A stretch of 64,000 nt of DNA, taken from the NCBI GenBank assembly GCA_035764045.1, contig DASTZX010000118.1, positions 146-64,145 of the forward strand, in the 5' to 3' direction. The notes beneath the pieces are model-generated. The model saw only the letters and a program-made list of their open reading frames with translations. It was not told the origin of the DNA and did not search any database. Below, in pieces: positions 40,857-51,228 of this stretch. A program made the position numbers and the translations under genes. Positions within the stretch are counted from its first letter, which is position 1; every line of letters starts with the position of its first letter. This stretch comes from Xanthobacteraceae bacterium. GTDB lineage: Bacteria; Pseudomonadota; Alphaproteobacteria; Rhizobiales; Xanthobacteraceae.

Positions 40857-41828
40857 TCAGTCGGTCAACCGTGTCACGCCCGGAAGGACGAGGCGATCGA
40901 GCTCGATCCGTGGGATGTCGCCGAGCCCGACCAGCGCATCGACCAGGGCGCCCAGCTTCTTGCGCGAGACCTGCCCTGTCGGCTCGAAGAAATGCCCCTT
41001 GCGGAAGAAGTCATAGGCCTTCTCGACCTCCTCCTGCTTGAGCCCGCTCATCCTCACCATCATCTTGACGGCCTCGGCGCGGTTGCGGTCGTCCTCGAAC
41101 CAGGCGACCGCCTTCCCATGCGCGGCCAGCACGCGCGCGAGCAGCGCTTGGTGCGCCTTCGCCCAGGGGAGGTTCGCCACCGTGCCGGAGAACGGCAGCT
41201 CGGGGGTGTAGTCCACCGCAAGCCCGAGCTCGTTGAAGCCCCTGTCGACCGCCTGGAAATTGAACGGCGGCAGAAGGATCGCCGCATCGACGGCGCCGCC
41301 GAGCAGCGCCTGTGCGCGCGCCGAGGTCGCTCCCGCATAGACCATGTCGAATTCGCCCGGCTTGATGCCGCTCGGGGCCAGCATGCGCTCGACATAGATG
41401 CGGGTGATGTCCTTCGGTCCGCCGAGCGAGATCGTCTTTCCCTTCAGGTCCTTCAGCGACTTGATCTCGGGTTTTGCGACCAGTGCATAAGGCGGCGACT
41501 GCGACTCGAAGCGCACGATCGCAATCGGGGCGCCCTTCTCGATCGCCCTGATCGGATCGACGAGTCCGGTCGACATGGTGATGTCGAGCGAGCCCGACGT
41601 CAGCTGCTGGATCATCTGCGCGCTCGACTGCACGTAGACGATATCGACCTTCACGTCCTGTGCGGCGAAGAACCCCTTGTCGACCCCGATGAGCACCGGC
41701 CACAGGTTGGCCGATGCCGAGCCGACGGTGCCCACCGTCACGGTATCGGCAGCGCGCACGGAGGGCGCCGCGAGCATCAGGACGGCAGCCGCCGCCACGG
41801 CGCTCCGAACGACGTTGCCAATACGCAT
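40857..41828 (-). CDS. ABC substrate-binding protein (NMT1/THI5-like), paralogue 1
   Basis: The ATG at 41828 is preceded by GAGGAG. Signal peptide MRIGNVVRSAVAAAAVLMLAAPSVRA, and ...NLWPVLIGVDKGFFAAQDVKVDIVYVQSSAQ... Confidence 0.85.
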   Translation of the reverse strand: MRIGNVVRSAVAAAAVLMLAAPSVRAADTVTVGTVGSASANLWPVLIGVDKGFFAAQDVKVDIVYVQSSAQMIQQLTSGSLDITMSTGLVDPIRAIEKGAPIAIVRFESQSPPYALVAKPEIKSLKDLKGKTISLGGPKDITRIYVERMLAPSGIKPGEFDMVYAGATSARAQALLGGAVDAAILLPPFNFQAVDRGFNELGLAVDYTPELPFSGTVANLPWAKAHQALLARVLAAHGKAVAWFEDDRNRAEAVKMMVRMSGLKQEEVEKAYDFFRKGHFFEPTGQVSRKKLGALVDALVGLGDIPRIELDRLVLPGVTRLTD

Positions 41829-41839
41829 CACCGATCTCC

Positions 41840-42808
41840 TCATTCGACGATTTTGGTCACATCGGGCATGAACAGCCGATCGACCGAAAAGTCGCCCGGA
41901 ATATCGCCGAGCTCCTTGAGAGCGTCCACCACCCGGCCGAGCTTCGCCCGCGAGATCGTGCCGGTCGGCTCGAGGAATCCGCCCTTGATCAGGAACTCAT
42001 AGCTCTTGTCGACATCATCGGGCTTCAGCTTGCTCACCGACACCATCAGGTCGATCGCTTCCTTGCGATTGGCCGGATCGCTGAGCCAGGCGATCGACTT
42101 GTTGTAGGCCGAAAGGAAGTTTTTGAACGTCGCCTTGTGGCTCTGCGCCCAATCTCGGTTGGTCGAAAGCCCCGAGAATGGCATGTCGACGACATCGGCC
42201 GTGCGGCCGAGGTTGGTGAAGCCTTCCGCCTCGGCATGGAAGTTGTAAGGCGCGGTGAGGATCGCGGCATCGGCGGCGCCCGACTGCAGGGCCGCGAGGC
42301 GCGCCGACGTCGCGCCCGCATAGATCTGGTCGACGTCGCTGGGCTTCACACCGGCCGGCTCGAGCATGCGCTCGAAGAAGATGCGGGTGATGTCCTTGGC
42401 GCCGCCGACCGAGACGACCTTGCCCTTGAGATCCTTGATCTTCTTGATCGCGGGCTTGGCGAGCAGCGCATAGGGCGGCCGCTGCATCTCGATGCGCGCA
42501 ATCGCGAGCGGCGCGCCCTTGTCGACGCCGCGGATCGGATCGACCAGTCCGCTGCCGACACTCACATTGACGGCGTTGACGGTGAGCTGCTGGATGACCC
42601 CGGCATTCGCCTGGACGAAGACGAGGTCGATCTTGATGTCCTCGGCGGCGAAGAAACCTTTTTGCATGCCGACGGTGACCGGCCACAGATTCGCCGAAGC
42701 CGATCCGACCGAACCGACTACGATGGTCTCGGCCGCCCCGGCAGGCGCCGTGAGCGCCAGAACGCCCAGAATGACCGCCGCGCAAAGTCGAGGGAACAAG
42801 GCCCGCAT
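41840..42808 (-). CDS. ABC substrate-binding protein (NMT1/THI5-like), paralogue 2
   Basis: GGGAGG SD and signal peptide. Colinear with paralogue 1 (NLWPVTVGMQKGFFAAEDIKIDLVFVQANAG...). Confidence 0.85.
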   Translation of the reverse strand: MRALFPRLCAAVILGVLALTAPAGAAETIVVGSVGSASANLWPVTVGMQKGFFAAEDIKIDLVFVQANAGVIQQLTVNAVNVSVGSGLVDPIRGVDKGAPLAIARIEMQRPPYALLAKPAIKKIKDLKGKVVSVGGAKDITRIFFERMLEPAGVKPSDVDQIYAGATSARLAALQSGAADAAILTAPYNFHAEAEGFTNLGRTADVVDMPFSGLSTNRDWAQSHKATFKNFLSAYNKSIAWLSDPANRKEAIDLMVSVSKLKPDDVDKSYEFLIKGGFLEPTGTISRAKLGRVVDALKELGDIPGDFSVDRLFMPDVTKIVE

Positions 42809-42820
42809 CGCCGCCTCCCT

Positions 42821-43696
42821 TCAGGTCTTGAGCTGCGCCAGGTAATGCTGGGCAATCTCGCTTCCGGTCGTGCGCCAGACGCCCGCATGGCTGCAGATAT
42901 ATTCCAGCGCGGCGTCGAGGGCGCCGATGCGGTGCGGCACGCCGCTGATGTACGGGTGCAGCGCGATCGCCATCACGCGTCCGGACTCGGCGCCTTCGCG
43001 ATAGAGCACGTCGAAGGTCCGGCACAGGATTCCCTTGAACTCGTCGGGCGACACGTACATGCGCTCATAGGCCGGCTTGTCGTTGCATTGCTGCGCATAT
43101 GGCACCGATACGAGCGTCTTGCCGCCGTCGAGCTTCATCAGATAGGGCTGGTCGTCGTTGCACCAGTCGCACACATAAAGCCCGCCCTGAGCGGCGAGCA
43201 GATCGAGCGTGTCCCAGGTCTGCTGCAGGCCCGAGCTGAGCCAGCCCTTGACCGGCGCGCCGGTCGCCCGCCCGATCGTCTCGAAGGTGCGTTTGATGAT
43301 CAGCGCCTCCTCGCCGGGCGCCGCTTCGTTGAGCCGGCGCGTGTTGCTCTCGTTGTGCCCCATCCATTCCCATCCGCGCTTGTTGCCCTCCTCGATGATG
43401 ATCGGGTGGGCGGCGCACAGGTTGGCGTTGAGCGCGACCGAGCCGCGGATGCCGTAGCGATCGAGCACCTCCATCAGGCGCCAGACGCCGATGCGGTTGC
43501 CGTAGTCGCGGTCCGACCACATCACCACGTCGGGAATCTTGCCGCCCGCGCCGTAGCCGCCGGGCCGCTCCTGCAGCGAGAAATATTCGATGTTCGGGAT
43601 GACCCACAGCGCCACCCGCTCGCCTTTCGGCCAGGCGAGCCGTGGACGGCGGATGATCGGGGAATACTCGAACGGGCCGTAGTCGCGTGGTTTCAT
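42821..43696 (-). CDS. Polysaccharide deacetylase family hydrolase (PuuE-allantoinase-like subgroup by memory)
   Basis: MKPRDYGPFEYSPIIRRPRLAWPKGERVALWVIPNIEYF...GWEWMGHN... The length and pattern fit NodB-fold hydrolases without a signal peptide. Confidence 0.72.
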   Translation of the reverse strand: MKPRDYGPFEYSPIIRRPRLAWPKGERVALWVIPNIEYFSLQERPGGYGAGGKIPDVVMWSDRDYGNRIGVWRLMEVLDRYGIRGSVALNANLCAAHPIIIEEGNKRGWEWMGHNESNTRRLNEAAPGEEALIIKRTFETIGRATGAPVKGWLSSGLQQTWDTLDLLAAQGGLYVCDWCNDDQPYLMKLDGGKTLVSVPYAQQCNDKPAYERMYVSPDEFKGILCRTFDVLYREGAESGRVMAIALHPYISGVPHRIGALDAALEYICSHAGVWRTTGSEIAQHYLAQLKT

Positions 43697-43697
43697 G

Positions 43698-44402
43698 TCA
43701 ACTCGCCTTGCGTACCGCCATCGCGTCGAGGTGCGCGACGACTTCGTCGATCTTCATCACGTCGGCGTATTTGTGGTGCAGGTCGAACAGATTCACCTTG
43801 TGCGACAGCAGGCTGCGGTCGAAGCAGCATTCCTCGACCAGCACCACATGGAAGCCGTGCGAATAGGCGTCGACCGCTGAGGCACGCACGCAGCCCGATG
43901 TGCTCTCGCCGCAGATGATCACGGTGCGGACGCCGAGTTGCGTCAGATGCGCGACGAGCGGAGTCCCGAAGAAGACGCTGGCGCGCTGCTTCGTGATGAC
44001 GACGTCGCCCGGCTGCGGCTTGAAGTCGGCGCGGATCGCATAGACGGCGGGATCCTGCGGGATCTTTCGCCGCTTGGTCGCGGTCACCGCGGACGGCAGC
44101 GAGTCGGTTCGCGTGTCCATGGTCGAATAGAACACCGGCAGGCCGGCGGCACGGGCCGCGGCGAAGAGCTGCCGGGTCGGCTCGATCGCCGCGTGCGCGT
44201 ATTCGCCGCAGGAGCTCGGGAAGCTCTTGGCCACCTGGGCCACCGGCCTGGCACCGCCCTGATAGGCGAGCTCGTAGAGGTCGATCGCAATCAGCGCCGG
44301 CGAAGGCCCGACGACGGTGTTGCGGGCGTAATGGGTGTAGATGTCCAGCACCTCCTGCGGAACGATGTCCTTCCAGCAATGATCCTCGAAGTCACTCGCC
44401 AT
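43698..44402 (-). CDS. Isochorismatase-family (cysteine) hydrolase
   Basis: The ATG at 44402 is preceded by GGAGGG. ...ALIAIDLY...VITKQRASVFFGTPL...VIICGESTSGCVRASAVDA... shows the D/K/C triad pattern. The track ORF to 44885 is an artefact running antisense through rnpB. Confidence 0.8.
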   Translation of the reverse strand: MASDFEDHCWKDIVPQEVLDIYTHYARNTVVGPSPALIAIDLYELAYQGGARPVAQVAKSFPSSCGEYAHAAIEPTRQLFAAARAAGLPVFYSTMDTRTDSLPSAVTATKRRKIPQDPAVYAIRADFKPQPGDVVITKQRASVFFGTPLVAHLTQLGVRTVIICGESTSGCVRASAVDAYSHGFHVVLVEECCFDRSLLSHKVNLFDLHHKYADVMKIDEVVAHLDAMAVRKAS

Positions 44403-44552
44403 CCGATTGCCCTCCGCGCATCTTTCGACTTCCAAGTCCGTCGGTCGAAGTTGCAAAATCCGTTCCGTTTCATCTGAACCGTTCTGGCCCGCGCTTTCAA
44501 TAGCCGGACCCGGAGCCCTTGACGAAGGCCGAAGTCGACCCCACTGGTTCTT

Positions 44553-44953
44553 CGTCAGTCGGCCGGACGGCCGCTCCGGCAATGGTCGAAAGGCCGCCGG
44601 GGAGGAAAGTCCGGGCTCCTTGGACATGCGGTGCCGGATAACGTCCGGCGAGGGCGACCTCAGGGACAGTGCCACAGAAAACGAACCGCCGCGGCGCGTT
44701 GCGTTCAGTCGCGGCAAGGGTGAAAAGGTGCGGTAAGAGCGCACCGCGCTGCCGGCAACGGCAGCGGCACGGCAAACCCCACCGGGAGCAAAACCGAATA
44801 GGGACGGCGCGGAGCGCGAGCTTCGGGATCTGTGTCCGGATCCTGCCGTCCGGGTAGGTTGCTGGAGGCGCCGAGCAATCGGCATCCCAGAGGAATGGCC
44901 GTCACGCGGCGTCTCGCCGTTCGACAGAACCCGGCTTACAGGCTGGCTGATCG
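44553..44953 (+). ncRNA. rnpB: RNase P RNA, bacterial type A
   Basis: Hallmarks are GAGGAAAGTCCGGGCTC (about 44602-44618), CACAGAAAACGAACCGCC (44673-44690), GGTAAGAGCGCACCG (44732-44746) and ACAGAACCCGGCTTA (44924-44938). P1 pairs TCAGTCGGCC (44555-44564) with GGCTGGCTGA (44941-44950). Ends are approximate, within about 5 nt. Confidence 0.9.
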
Positions 44954-44958
44954 TCTAA

Positions 44959-44989
44959 GGGGGCTCGGCGGATAACCCGCCGGGCCCTC
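44959..44989 (+). terminator. Hairpin after rnpB, between rnpB and the convergent MFS gene
   Basis: GGGGGCTCGGCGG-ataac-CCGCCGGGCCC(T)C stem, about 12 bp including G-U pairs, followed by GCCAATTTTG. Confidence 0.4.
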
Positions 44990-45018
44990 GCCAATTTTGC
45001 CCACCCTTCAACCGCGCG

Positions 45019-46299
45019 TCACGCCGCCTCGGCGGTCAGCACTCGTCCTTTCGTCTCCGGCAACAGCAGCGCCGCAAGGATCACGATGCCGTACGCGATG
45101 GCTGCGAACACGCCAATCGACTGGCCGAGCGGCAGCGTCGCGCTCAAGAGACCGACGAAGGTGGGGTTGAGCGCCGCGATGCCGCGCCCGAAGTTGTAGC
45201 TGAACCCCTGCCCCGAGCCGCGCATGCGGGTCGGAAACAGCTCGGTCAGGAATGGACCCATGCCGGAGAAGATTCCCGAAGCGAAGAAGCCGAGCGGAAA
45301 GCCCAGGAACAGCATCGTGGTGTCGTCGATCGGGAGCTGGGTGTAGAGCACCACCGTGATCAGCGAGCAGACGGCGAACAGAAAGAAGTTGGCGCGGCGC
45401 CCGATCCGGTCGTTGAGCCAGGCGCTGACCCAATATCCGATCAGCGAGCCGACGATGATCACCCCGAGATAGCCGCCGGTGCCGAGCACGGTGAGCTTGC
45501 GCTCCGTGCGCAGATAGGTCGGCAGCCAGGTCGTGATCGCGTAATAGCCGCCTTGCGCGCCGGTCGCGAGCAGCGAAGTGAGCACCGTGGTGCGCAGCAT
45601 CGCGGGCGAGAAGATTTCGAGGAAGTTCGCTTTACTGCCCGCCGCGGCCAGGTTCGTCTGGGTCTCGGCGAACACCGGCGGCTCGTCCACGAACCGACGC
45701 ACGAAAAAGACCAGGGCCGCGGGCGTCACCCCGATCCAGAACAGGACCCGCCAGGCGGTCTCGGCGGGCAGCAGCCAAAACAGGATCGTGGCGATCAGAG
45801 CAGCGATCCCCCATCCGACCGCCCATCCGCTCTGCACCGCGCCGACCGCCTTGCCGCGGTGCTCCGGACGGATCACCTCGCCCATCAGGACGGCGCCCGC
45901 CGCCCATTCGCCGCCGAACCCGAAGCCCATGAGAGCGCGGAAGATGAGGAGCTGCCAGTAGTCCTGCGCGAAGCCGCACAGCAGCGTGAACACCGCAAAC
46001 CAGAGAATCGTGATCTGCAGGGTGCGCACGCGGCCGAACCGGTCCGACAGCGCGCCGGCGAACCATCCCCCGAAGGCCGAGGTGAGCAGCGTCACGGTGC
46101 CGATCACTCCGGCCTGCGCGTTAGAGATCGCAAAGGCGGCGACAATCGCCGGAATGGCGAAGCTGAACACCTGCACGTCCATGGCGTCCAGCATCCAGCC
46201 GCCGATGCAGGCCCAGAACGTCTTCTTCTCCTTCGCGTTCAGTTCGGAATACCAGGCGGTGACATGATGCTCGCTTGTCGCGGTTGCATGCGTCGTCAT
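45019..46299 (-). CDS. MFS transporter (sugar-porter / aromatic-acid:H+ symporter-like)
   Basis: Twelve TM helices, with [18 protein letters not shown] (MFS motif A) and [14 protein letters not shown]. Confidence 0.88.
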   Translation of the reverse strand: MTTHATATSEHHVTAWYSELNAKEKKTFWACIGGWMLDAMDVQVFSFAIPAIVAAFAISNAQAGVIGTVTLLTSAFGGWFAGALSDRFGRVRTLQITILWFAVFTLLCGFAQDYWQLLIFRALMGFGFGGEWAAGAVLMGEVIRPEHRGKAVGAVQSGWAVGWGIAALIATILFWLLPAETAWRVLFWIGVTPAALVFFVRRFVDEPPVFAETQTNLAAAGSKANFLEIFSPAMLRTTVLTSLLATGAQGGYYAITTWLPTYLRTERKLTVLGTGGYLGVIIVGSLIGYWVSAWLNDRIGRRANFFLFAVCSLITVVLYTQLPIDDTTMLFLGFPLGFFASGIFSGMGPFLTELFPTRMRGSGQGFSYNFGRGIAALNPTFVGLLSATLPLGQSIGVFAAIAYGIVILAALLLPETKGRVLTAEAA

Positions 46300-46417
46300 G
46301 GTGAGTTCCCCGGCGTTTTCCTCCGCGGTCAGACTATCACGTCCGCCGCAAATTACGATTGGACTTGGGCACGGCGCCTATGCTCTATCGACCCGCCTTT
46401 TTGTTGCGGTTCGCGTC

Positions 46418-49400
46418 ATGACGACGAGTTGGGACTTCTGGATCGATCGCGGCGGCACTTTCACGGACGTGATCGGCCGCAAGCCCGACGGCACGCTCGT
46501 CGCGCACAAGCTCCTGTCGGAGAACCCCGAGGCCTATCGGGACGCGGCCGTTCAGGGCATCCGCGACCTCCTCGGCCTTGCGCCGGGCGCGCCGATCCCT
46601 CCTGGCCTCATCGGCGCGGTGAAGATGGGCACCACGGTGGCGACCAACGCCCTGTTGGAACGCAAGGGCGAGCGCACCCTGCTGATGACGACGCGAGGTT
46701 TTCGCGACGCCCTCAAGATCGGCTACCAGGCGCGGCCGCGGATCTTCGCCCGCCAGATCATCAAGCCCGACATGCTGTTCGAGCGCGTGGTCGAGGTGGA
46801 AGAGCGGGTTCGCGCCGACGGAACGGTCGACCGCGATCTCGATGTCGAGGGTGCGCGAGCCGCCCTCGCGCAGGCCAAGGCGGATGGGCTCTTGGCGGTC
46901 GCGATCGTCTTCATGCACGCCTATCGCTTCTCCGCGCACGAAGAGCGCGTCGCCGCGCTGGCGCGCGAGATGGGATTTGCCCAGGTTTCGGTGAGCCACG
47001 AGGTCTCGCCGCTGATCAAGCTGGTGGGGCGCGGCGATACCACCGTGGTCGATGCCTATCTGTCGCCGATCCTGCGCCGCTACGTCGCGCAGGTTGCGGG
47101 GGAGATGGCTTCACCCTCCCCTGCAGGGGGAGGGTCGGCGCCGAAGGCGCCGGGATGGGATGGCGACGACGCTGGACAGATCACCCCCACCCGCCGCGCT
47201 TTGCGCGGCGACCTCCCCCCTTCAGGGGGAGGCGAAGAGCGCCCCCGCCTCATGTTCATGATGTCCTCCGGCGGGCTCACCGCCGCCGAGCTCTTTGCCG
47301 GCAAGGACGCGATCCTCTCCGGACCCGCGGGCGGCGTGGTCGGAATGGCGCAGACCGGGCGCGCGGCCGGCTTCGAGCATCTGATCGGCTTCGACATGGG
47401 CGGCACGTCGACCGACGTGTCGCATTTCGACGGCGAGTACGAACGCGCCTTCGAGACCGAGGTCGCGGGTGTGCGCATGCGTGCGCCGATGATGCTGATC
47501 CACACCGTCGCGGCAGGCGGCGGATCGGTCCTGCATTTCGACGGCGCCCGCTTCCGCGTCGGGCCGGACTCGGCCGGCGCCAATCCGGGGCCCAAATGCT
47601 ATCGCCGCGGCGGTCCGCTCGCCGTCACCGACGCGAACGTCATGGTGGGCAAGCTCCTGCCCGATTTCTTCCCGAAGATTTTCGGTCCGGAGCAGAATCT
47701 CGCGTTGGACGCCGATGCGGTCCGCGGGGCGTTCGTCGCGCTGGCGGGCGAGATCGGCGACGGCCGGTTGCCCGAGGACGTCGCCGACGGGTTCATCCGG
47801 ATCGCGGTCGAGAACATGGCGAACGCGATCAAGAAGATCTCGGTGCAGCGCGGCTATGATGTGACGCGATACGCGCTCAACTGCTTCGGTGGCGCCGGCG
47901 GCCAGCACGCCTGCCTCGTCGCCGACGCGCTCGGCATGACCAGGGTGCTGATCCACCCGTTCTCGTCGCTCCTGTCCGCCTATGGCATGGGGCTGGCGGA
48001 TATCCGCGCCACGCGCCAGCAGGCGGTCGAAGAGACCTTCGGCGCGGCGGCGCTCGCCGTGCTGTCCGACAATGCCGAGCGCCTCGGGATCGAAGCGGCC
48101 GCCGAAGTCGCCGGCCAAGGCGTGCCTCGCCGCGACGTCGCGGTGCATGTGCGCGCGCATATCCGCTATGCCGGGACCGATACGGCGCTGGTGGTCCCGG
48201 GCGGATCGCCCGAGGCGATTTCATCGCTCGGCGAGATGAAGTCCGCGTTCGAAACCGCGCACAAGGCGCGCTTCGGCTTCATCGATGAGAGCAAGGAACT
48301 CGTCATCGAGGCGGTGTCGGTCGAAGCGGTCGGCGGCGGCGCGAAATTCGCCGAGCCGGTCCGTCCGATGGCCGCGAGCCCCCTCCCCGCGCCGGCCCGG
48401 CGCACCCGGTTCTACTCCGGCGGGGGCTGGCACGAAGCGTCGGTCCATCTCCGCGACCGGCTCGAGCCCGGCCACAAGGTGACCGGCCCCGCCATCATTG
48501 TCGAGCCGCACCAGACCATCGTGGTCGAGGACGGCTGGCAGGCCGAATTGACTGCGAAAAACCACCTCGTGCTCGCGCGCATCACCGAGCTTCAGCGACA
48601 GCACGCCATCGGCACGGAAGCCGATCCGGTGATGCTCGAGGTGTTCAATAACCTGTTCATGTCCATCGCCGAGCAGATGGGTGTGTCGCTGCAGAACACC
48701 GCCTACTCCGTCAATATCAAGGAGCGGCTCGACTTCTCCTGTGCGGTATTCGCGCACGACGGCACGCTGGTCGCCAATGCGCCGCACATGCCGGTGCATC
48801 TCGGCTCGATGGATCGTGCAGTCGAAACCATCATTCGCGAGAACAAGGGAAAGATCGCACCCGGCGACGTCTACGTCATCAACGCGCCCTACAACGGCGG
48901 CACGCACCTGCCCGATATCACGGTCTGCACGCCGGTGTTCGACGACGCGGACGCCGAGATCCTGTTCTGGGTGGCGAGTCGCGGACACCATGCCGACATC
49001 GGCGGCATTGCACCCGGTTCGATGTCGCCCAATGCGACCACCATCGATGAGGAAGGCATCTACATCGACAATTTCAAGGTGGTCGATCGCGGCCGCTTCC
49101 GCGAGAAGGCGCTCTACGACCTGCTCACGCAAGCGAAGTATCCGGCCCGCAATCCGCTGCAGAACGTCAACGACATGAAGGCGCAGATCGCAGCGAACGA
49201 GAAGGGCGTGCAGGAGCTGCGCAAGATGGTGACGCAGTTCACGCTCCCGGTCGTGCACGCCTATATGCAACACGTGCAGGACAATGCGGCCGAGAGCGTG
49301 CGCCGGGTGATCGACCGGCTGCACGACAGCGAGTTCAGCTACGAGATGGACCAGGGCAGCGTCATCCGGGTGAAGATCACGGTGGACAAGGGCAAGCGCG

Positions 49401-50164
49401 AGGCCACCGTCGACTTCACCGGCACCTCGCCGCAGCAGCCGACCAACTTCAACGCGCCGGAGCCGGTGACGCGCGCGGCTGTGCTCTATGTCTTCCGCGT
49501 GATGGTCGACGACGAGATCCCGATGAACGCCGGCTGCCTGCGCCCGATCAACATCGTCATCCCGAAGCAGTCGATGCTCTCGCCCGAATATCCGGCCGCG
49601 GTGGTCGCCGGCAACGTGGAAGTATCGCAGGCGGTGACGAACTGCCTGTTCGGCGCGCTGGGCGCGCTCGCCGCGGCGCAGGGGACGATGAACAATCTCA
49701 ATTTCGGCAACGCCCGCCACCAGTACTACGAGACGATCTGCTCCGGCTCCCCGGCCGGGCCCGGCTTCGACGGCACCGATGCGGTGCACACCCACATGAC
49801 CAACACCCGGCTCACCGATCCGGAGGTGCTGGAATTCCGCTATCCGGTGGTGCTGGAGGACTTCCACATCCGGCCCGGGTCGGGCGGCCGCGGACAGTGG
49901 AACGCCGGCAACGGCGTCCGCCGCACGATCCGCTTCCTGGAAGAGATGGAATGCACCATCCTGTCCGGCCATCGCCGCATGCGTCCGTTCGGGCTCGCGG
50001 GCGGCGAGCCCGGTCAGGTCGGCGAGAATTGGGTACGCCGCAGGGACGGCCGGATGGAGAGGCTGCAAGGCGCCGATGCGACCGTGATCGACGCCGGCGA
50101 GGCCGTGATCATCCAGACCCCGACCGCCGGCGGCTATGGCGATCCGAAGAAGCGGCAGTCCTGA
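46418..50164 (+). CDS. Fused hydantoinase A / hydantoinase B family protein (ATP-dependent 5-oxoprolinase-like)
   Basis: ATG at 46418 gives [27 protein letters not shown]... (HyuA N-terminus), ...[12 protein letters not shown]..., and a HyuB half ([20 protein letters not shown]...). 1248 aa. It contains an in-frame repeat-derived insert at about 47105-47245. Confidence 0.9.
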   Translation: MTTSWDFWIDRGGTFTDVIGRKPDGTLVAHKLLSENPEAYRDAAVQGIRDLLGLAPGAPIPPGLIGAVKMGTTVATNALLERKGERTLLMTTRGFRDALKIGYQARPRIFARQIIKPDMLFERVVEVEERVRADGTVDRDLDVEGARAALAQAKADGLLAVAIVFMHAYRFSAHEERVAALAREMGFAQVSVSHEVSPLIKLVGRGDTTVVDAYLSPILRRYVAQVAGEMASPSPAGGGSAPKAPGWDGDDAGQITPTRRALRGDLPPSGGGEERPRLMFMMSSGGLTAAELFAGKDAILSGPAGGVVGMAQTGRAAGFEHLIGFDMGGTSTDVSHFDGEYERAFETEVAGVRMRAPMMLIHTVAAGGGSVLHFDGARFRVGPDSAGANPGPKCYRRGGPLAVTDANVMVGKLLPDFFPKIFGPEQNLALDADAVRGAFVALAGEIGDGRLPEDVADGFIRIAVENMANAIKKISVQRGYDVTRYALNCFGGAGGQHACLVADALGMTRVLIHPFSSLLSAYGMGLADIRATRQQAVEETFGAAALAVLSDNAERLGIEAAAEVAGQGVPRRDVAVHVRAHIRYAGTDTALVVPGGSPEAISSLGEMKSAFETAHKARFGFIDESKELVIEAVSVEAVGGGAKFAEPVRPMAASPLPAPARRTRFYSGGGWHEASVHLRDRLEPGHKVTGPAIIVEPHQTIVVEDGWQAELTAKNHLVLARITELQRQHAIGTEADPVMLEVFNNLFMSIAEQMGVSLQNTAYSVNIKERLDFSCAVFAHDGTLVANAPHMPVHLGSMDRAVETIIRENKGKIAPGDVYVINAPYNGGTHLPDITVCTPVFDDADAEILFWVASRGHHADIGGIAPGSMSPNATTIDEEGIYIDNFKVVDRGRFREKALYDLLTQAKYPARNPLQNVNDMKAQIAANEKGVQELRKMVTQFTLPVVHAYMQHVQDNAAESVRRVIDRLHDSEFSYEMDQGSVIRVKITVDKGKREATVDFTGTSPQQPTNFNAPEPVTRAAVLYVFRVMVDDEIPMNAGCLRPINIVIPKQSMLSPEYPAAVVAGNVEVSQAVTNCLFGALGALAAAQGTMNNLNFGNARHQYYETICSGSPAGPGFDGTDAVHTHMTNTRLTDPEVLEFRYPVVLEDFHIRPGSGGRGQWNAGNGVRRTIRFLEEMECTILSGHRRMRPFGLAGGEPGQVGENWVRRRDGRMERLQGADATVIDAGEAVIIQTPTAGGYGDPKKRQS
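47105..47245. repeat. REP/BIME-like double unit located inside the oxoprolinase-type CDS, in frame
   Basis: Four hairpins: CCCTCCCCTG/CAGGGGGAGGG, CGGCGCC-gaa-GGCGCCG, CGCCGCGC-ttt-GCGCGGCG and CCTCCCCC-ttca-GGGGGAGG. The second half is colinear with the element at 59921-59985. It is translated as [44 protein letters not shown]. Confidence 0.55.
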
Positions 50165-50353
50165 ATCGCGCGAGTCCGGTTGCGGGCCAAGAATTTGCTG
50201 CGCGGACGAGAATTTCCTGAAGCGAGGCATACATCAGGGACGCACCCGATGTGTTCATCGCATGGGCATGATCCGCATGAACAAGCGCGGGAGGAGGCTG
50301 GAACACGCGGCTGTCGCGGTCCGATCGGAACCAACGCGGCCTTGGAGCGGCAA

Positions 50354-51115
50354 ATGGATTTGCGAGGAAAGGTGGTCGTGATCACGGGAGCCGCGCGAGG
50401 ACTCGGCCAAAAGATGGCTGAAATGATCGCCCGAGAAGGCGGCAGCCTCGCGCTGATCGACGTCGATCACCTGCAATTGAAAGAGACAATACAGCTTTGC
50501 GCCAAGGCAGGCGGGAAGGTCCAGGATTACGCGGTCGACGTGACCGATGAGCCGAAGGTGGAGATGGCGTTCAAAGACATCGACGCGGACTTCGGCGGGA
50601 TCGATGCGCTGATCAATAACGCCGGCGTAACGAGCGACGCTCTGCTCGTGAGGGCCGCCGACGGCAAAGTGCAGGGCAAGATGGCGGCGACCCAATTCGA
50701 CAAGGTCATCGCCGTGGATCTCAAGGGCGTCTTCCTCTGCGCGCGAGAGGCCGCCGTCCATATGGTGGAGAGCGGCCGCGGCGGTGTCATCGTGAATGTC
50801 TCCAGCATATCGCGCGCCGGAAACGTCGGGCAGACCAACTACGCGGCAGCAAAGGCCGGCGTCGCCGCAATGACGGTGACGTGGGCAAAGGAGCTCGCGC
50901 GATACAACATCCGTGTCGCGGGCATCGCCCCCGGATTTTCCGAGACGCGCATGGTCGCCACCATACCGGCGAAGGTCAGAGACAGAATCGTTTCGACCAT
51001 TCCGTTGCGACGCTTCGCGCGACCCGAAGAGATCGGGCGCGCTGCGCTGTTCATCCTGCAGAACGACTACTACGACGGTCGGGTTCTCGAGATCGACGGC
51101 GGACTGCGGCTGTGA
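50354..51115 (+). CDS. Short-chain dehydrogenase/reductase (FabG-like)
   Basis: The ATG at 50354 is preceded by GGAG. MDLRGKVVVITGAARGLGQ..., NNAG, YAAAKAG. Confidence 0.88.
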   Translation: MDLRGKVVVITGAARGLGQKMAEMIAREGGSLALIDVDHLQLKETIQLCAKAGGKVQDYAVDVTDEPKVEMAFKDIDADFGGIDALINNAGVTSDALLVRAADGKVQGKMAATQFDKVIAVDLKGVFLCAREAAVHMVESGRGGVIVNVSSISRAGNVGQTNYAAAKAGVAAMTVTWAKELARYNIRVAGIAPGFSETRMVATIPAKVRDRIVSTIPLRRFARPEEIGRAALFILQNDYYDGRVLEIDGGLRL

Positions 51116-51124
51116 TCATTCAGG

Positions 51125-51228
51125 CGCTGACCGACGTCGCCACGCGCAATGATCACTTTGACGAGGCCGGGATTATCCAGACGCCGACCGCCGGTGGCTA
51201 CGGCGACCCGAAGAAGCGACAGGCCTGA
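51125..51228 (+). pseudogene. Fossil 3' end of a second hydantoinase B / oxoprolinase gene
   Basis: Reads ...[22 protein letters not shown]-stop, against the intact gene's end ...[24 protein letters not shown]-stop (50095-50164). Core homology is at 51163-51228, and the nucleotide differences are mostly synonymous. No upstream body is present. Confidence 0.55.

Noticed and set aside
43698-44885. 395-aa track ORF suggesting a much longer isochorismatase-family protein
   Set aside because: Its upstream 160 codons run antisense through the RNase P RNA gene. The internal ATG at 44402 has a GGAGGG SD and gives a normal-length 234-aa protein.
50300-50325. GGAAC-N17-CGAT upstream of the FabG-like SDR, considered as an EcfG promoter
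   Set aside because: The -10 element lacks the conserved GTT, and the downstream gene is an ordinary cytoplasmic SDR. This is not enough support.
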